DNA of 49,612 nt from Planctomycetaceae bacterium (GTDB taxonomy: Bacteria > Planctomycetota > Planctomycetia > Pirellulales > Thermoguttaceae): the NCBI GenBank assembly GCA_031268995.1, contig JAIRWK010000064.1, positions 1 through 49,612 of the forward strand. Direction: 5' to 3'. Positions 47,395 to 49,612 of this stretch are shown here, one piece after another (position 1 is the first letter of the stretch; the number at the start of each line of letters is the position of its first letter). The translations under genes were made by a program, and so were the position numbers. A model generated the notes under the pieces. It made no database searches and was not told the DNA's origin. It was given only the letters and a program-made list of their open reading frames with translations.

Positions 47395-47617
47395 GATTTT
47401 TTTTAACACGAAAAGGGAAATTTTTTGTGTGGGAAGAGAAATTTTTTTAGAGTCTGAAGGAAATATCCTCGTGGATGGGAGTTCCAGACCCGGGAATGAA
47501 AGCTCCGTTCCGGCTTTTGTTTTGTACCTTTCGTCGTAGGGGATTTTTTTACACGAAAGGGACGAAAAGGGGCAAAAGGACGAAAGGGAATTTCAAAAAT
47601 ACTATTTGCCAAAAACA
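47395..47617 (-). repeat. family-H dispersed repeat (single 21-bp unit version) plus T/A-tract blocks
   Basis: gggaatgaaagctccgttccggcttttgttttgtacctttcg is the reverse complement of the 19450-19510 region. It contains one unit where 19473-19598 has six. Confidence 0.65.
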
Positions 47618-47619
47618 AA

Positions 47620-47674
47620 CTGTAACGGAAGCGTCCCGCTTCCGATTGCGACAGCGGAGACGTTGCCGTTACGG
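47620..47674 (-). repeat. family-E hairpin (reverse complement of 43349-43403)
   Basis: ctgtaacggaagcgtcccgcttccgattgcgacagcggagacgttgccgttacgg. Confidence 0.8.
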
Positions 47675-47714
47675 TATAAAAAATCCCCTTCCCCTTTCGT
47701 GATGAAATAGCATT

Positions 47715-47958
47715 AACTCATGTTACGCACGATACGGAAATGATGGTGATTATTCAGTCGATTGATAGAAAAAAAGTAAAACATTGTTCGCGTCCCGTTA
47801 GGGACGAAATATGAGGATATTTCAAACGGTTTAGTTTTAATCACATTGTGTCCCTACGGGACACGAAATATGTTTTTACCATATTTTCTACCAACATTTC
47901 GTCCCAATATCGGGACGAGGAAAATACGTCTGGTTATCACCGATGCGTAACATGAGTT
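47715..47958 (-). mobile_element. family-D element, second copy (inverted)
   Basis: aactcatgttacgcacgatacgg ... ccgatgcgtaacatgagtt. Internal hairpins: cgtcccgttagggacg, gtccctacgggac, gtcccaatatcgggac. Confidence 0.85.
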
Positions 47959-48068
47959 AGTAAATTTATTCAACATGAAGGGTGATTTTTTTGAAACGCG
48001 AATACGCCTACGTAGTGAAAGGTCGTGAAAAATTTAATTTTTATTTTTGTTGAACGAAGAGGTATTGT

Positions 48069-48908
48069 ATGTTTAAAATATTGAGTAACAAGGAGCTTGT
48101 TCCTAATATATACGAGATGACGGTTGTGCATCCGCGACTGGCGAAGAAGGCACAACCCGGACATTTTGTGATAGTTATGCCCGACGAATGCGGCGAGCGG
48201 ATTCCGCTGACAATCGCTGATTTTGACCGGCAAGCGGGTACTGTAACGCTTGTGATTATGGCGGTTGGCACATCGACGATGAAGTTGGTGTCATTGAAAT
48301 CGGGTTCTGAGTTGTATGCGATTATTGGTCCTCTTGGGACGGTGAGTGAGATTGAGGATTATGGTACGGTGATAATGGTTGCGGGCGGAGTTGGCACTGC
48401 GCCGGTATTTCCAATTGCGCGGAGCTTCTACACAAACAACACAAAAGTCATCTCAATCCAAGGCGTAAGAACTAAAGAACTCTTGTTCTGGACAGATAAA
48501 TTAGCCGAAGTAAGCGATATTCACATAATAACAACAGATGACGGAAGCGCGGGACGAAAAGGTCTTGTTACAGAGCCGTTGCGTGAAATTCTGGAGAGTG
48601 AGGGCGAGAATATAGGTTGCGTGTACATGATAGGACCCGCAGTGATGATGAAATTTTGCTCGCAAGTGGTAACAAATTTCGGCGTGAAATCGATTGCAAG
48701 TCTGAATAGTATAATGATTGACGGAACGGGAATGTGCGGTGGATGTCGGGTAAAAATTGGAGATGAGACAAAATTCACGTGTGTTGACGGTCCCGAATTT
48801 GATGCCTCGCAAATTGACTGGGATATTTTGTTGTCAAGACAAAAAATGTATTGCGACGAAGAAAAATGCTCATTGAATAAATACAAAAATACACTCGGAA
48901 TATCATAA
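48069..48908 (+). CDS. FAD/NAD(P)-binding, [2Fe-2S] oxidoreductase small subunit (NfnA/SudB/PyrK-like)
   Basis: MFKILSNKELVPNIYEMTV...GHFVIVM...ERIPLTIADFD (FAD barrel), GGVGTAP (NAD), C-terminal DGTGMCGGCRV...FTCVDGPEF cluster motif. Confidence 0.8.
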   Translation: MFKILSNKELVPNIYEMTVVHPRLAKKAQPGHFVIVMPDECGERIPLTIADFDRQAGTVTLVIMAVGTSTMKLVSLKSGSELYAIIGPLGTVSEIEDYGTVIMVAGGVGTAPVFPIARSFYTNNTKVISIQGVRTKELLFWTDKLAEVSDIHIITTDDGSAGRKGLVTEPLREILESEGENIGCVYMIGPAVMMKFCSQVVTNFGVKSIASLNSIMIDGTGMCGGCRVKIGDETKFTCVDGPEFDASQIDWDILLSRQKMYCDEEKCSLNKYKNTLGIS

Positions 48909-48985
48909 AGGGAATTTTTGAAAAATACTATTTATCAAAAAATTGCCAAAAAAAAATTATTTCAAATTCAGTCGATTTTGATCGA

Positions 48986-49088
48986 TACGCTCAAGCTGTT
49001 TTAAAATTCCTGAATCTGGACACGCAAGCGCAACAACGTGAAGCGGTTGTTCAGGGGCAAAGCCTATCGCCTTATCGGCTACGGTATA
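48986..49088 (+). mobile_element. family-A element, full copy
   Basis: tacgctcaagctgttttaaaattcctgaatctggacacgcaagcgcaacaacgtgaagcgg...tcggctacggtata. Confidence 0.85.
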
Positions 49089-49155
49089 TGCTCAAGCTGT
49101 TTTGAATTCCTGAAGCTGTGGTAAACCTACAACGCAGTGCGTTAGGCAAGCGTAT
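49085..49155 (+). mobile_element. family-A left half fused to unrelated sequence, overlapping the previous copy's terminus
   Basis: tatatgctcaagctgttttgaattcctgaagctg, then tggtaaacctacaacgcagtgcg... Confidence 0.6.
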
Positions 49156-49275
49156 ACTGTAGCTGCTATGAAATTCATTTTTTTTAAGACAGGATAACAG
49201 GATTACAGGATCGTCAGGATATAATAAAATCCTGTCAAAAAAATAAAAACTGAATTTCATAGTGCGATGAGTATA
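49153..49275 (-). mobile_element. family-C element, full copy (inverted relative to 31350-31463)
   Basis: tatactgtagctgctatgaaattcattttttttaagacaggataacagg...aaaaactgaatttcatagtgcgatgagtata. Confidence 0.75.
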
Positions 49276-49332
49276 GCATCGTGAAGTGGTTGCTCAGGGG
49301 CGAAGCCTACCGCCAATACTGGCTTCGGTATA
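49272..49332 (+). mobile_element. family-A right half
   Basis: tatagcatcgtgaagtggttgctcaggggcgaagcctaccgccaatactggcttcggtata. Confidence 0.7.
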
Positions 49333-49612
49333 TCCCCCCCTTGTGTTGAAAATTTGGGTTGTTACAATCTTGCGGGGTTTGGGGATTGTGTGTTTTTTTG
49401 GGACGAGATTGAAAGTGTATAACGGTGGGCAATCTGGTTCTGTTGAATACACGGAAAAATGCTTTCCATGATATGTCTGTTTTGAATAGTTTAAGTAACT
49501 ATTCAGTCGAATGATTTAATTTATTTTTTAAACCGCGAAATACGCTAAAAGAGCACGAAAGGTCGCGAATAATTTAGTTTCGCGTCTTTTCGCGTAAATT
49601 TCGTGTGTTTCG

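Noticed and set aside
47780-47930. Mini-CRISPR-like look of family D (three ~28-nt palindromic repeats separated by 23-31-nt 'spacers')
   Set aside because: Both D copies (43090-43328 and 47715-47958) carry the same 'spacers'. The unit is bounded by 15-nt terminal inverted repeats and no cas genes are nearby. It is a dispersed element, not an array.

Overview
AT-rich bacterial chromosomal window. The gene content (DUF1559-type motif protein, LRR and TPR lipoproteins, giant PATR autotransporter) fits a Planctomycetota/PVC-like lineage, at low confidence. About 30 genes look real. In order they are: a 5'-truncated hypothetical gene plus three secreted-protein ORFs (1-4279); flgF-flgG-flgA-flgH (4659-8483); a glycosylation/methylation block of a GT32-methyltransferase fusion, GT8 and FkbM (8683-12981); a minus-strand block of membrane protein, LemA and membrane-anchored GTPase, followed by a two-gene PIN cassette (13441-19288); an outer-membrane beta-barrel candidate; hydG; obg; tRNA-Arg(ACG); a TPR lipoprotein; a DUF1559-like lipoprotein; comB; an LRR protein; a dinG 3' remnant; an 8.4-kb autotransporter; DUF58; prmC; a Cache-HAMP chemoreceptor; and an nfnA-like gene. 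I did not find a clearly novel multi-gene system. The most unusual content is non-genic. Nearly every intergenic spacer holds short dispersed repeats from at least six families, and no transposase lies in the window. The dominant family is a ~104-bp MITE-like element with 11-bp terminal inverted repeats and three internal hairpins. It has about 20 full copies plus deletion derivatives. Two diverged copies are embedded in frame inside protein-coding genes (the GTPase and DUF58), as seen with Rickettsia palindromic elements. Two hypermutable tracts look like contingency switches. A 17-nt poly(G) run separates the autotransporter from its signal peptide, and the gene is out of frame as assembled. 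An (AG)34 run encoding (Glu-Arg)11 links the two enzymatic halves of the GT32-methyltransferase fusion. The PIN cassette is bracketed by ~310-bp direct repeats that duplicate the 3' end of the GTPase gene. A ~315-bp inverted repeat pair brackets the prmC-MCP segment. All calls come from reading the sequence and ORF translations; no database search was run.
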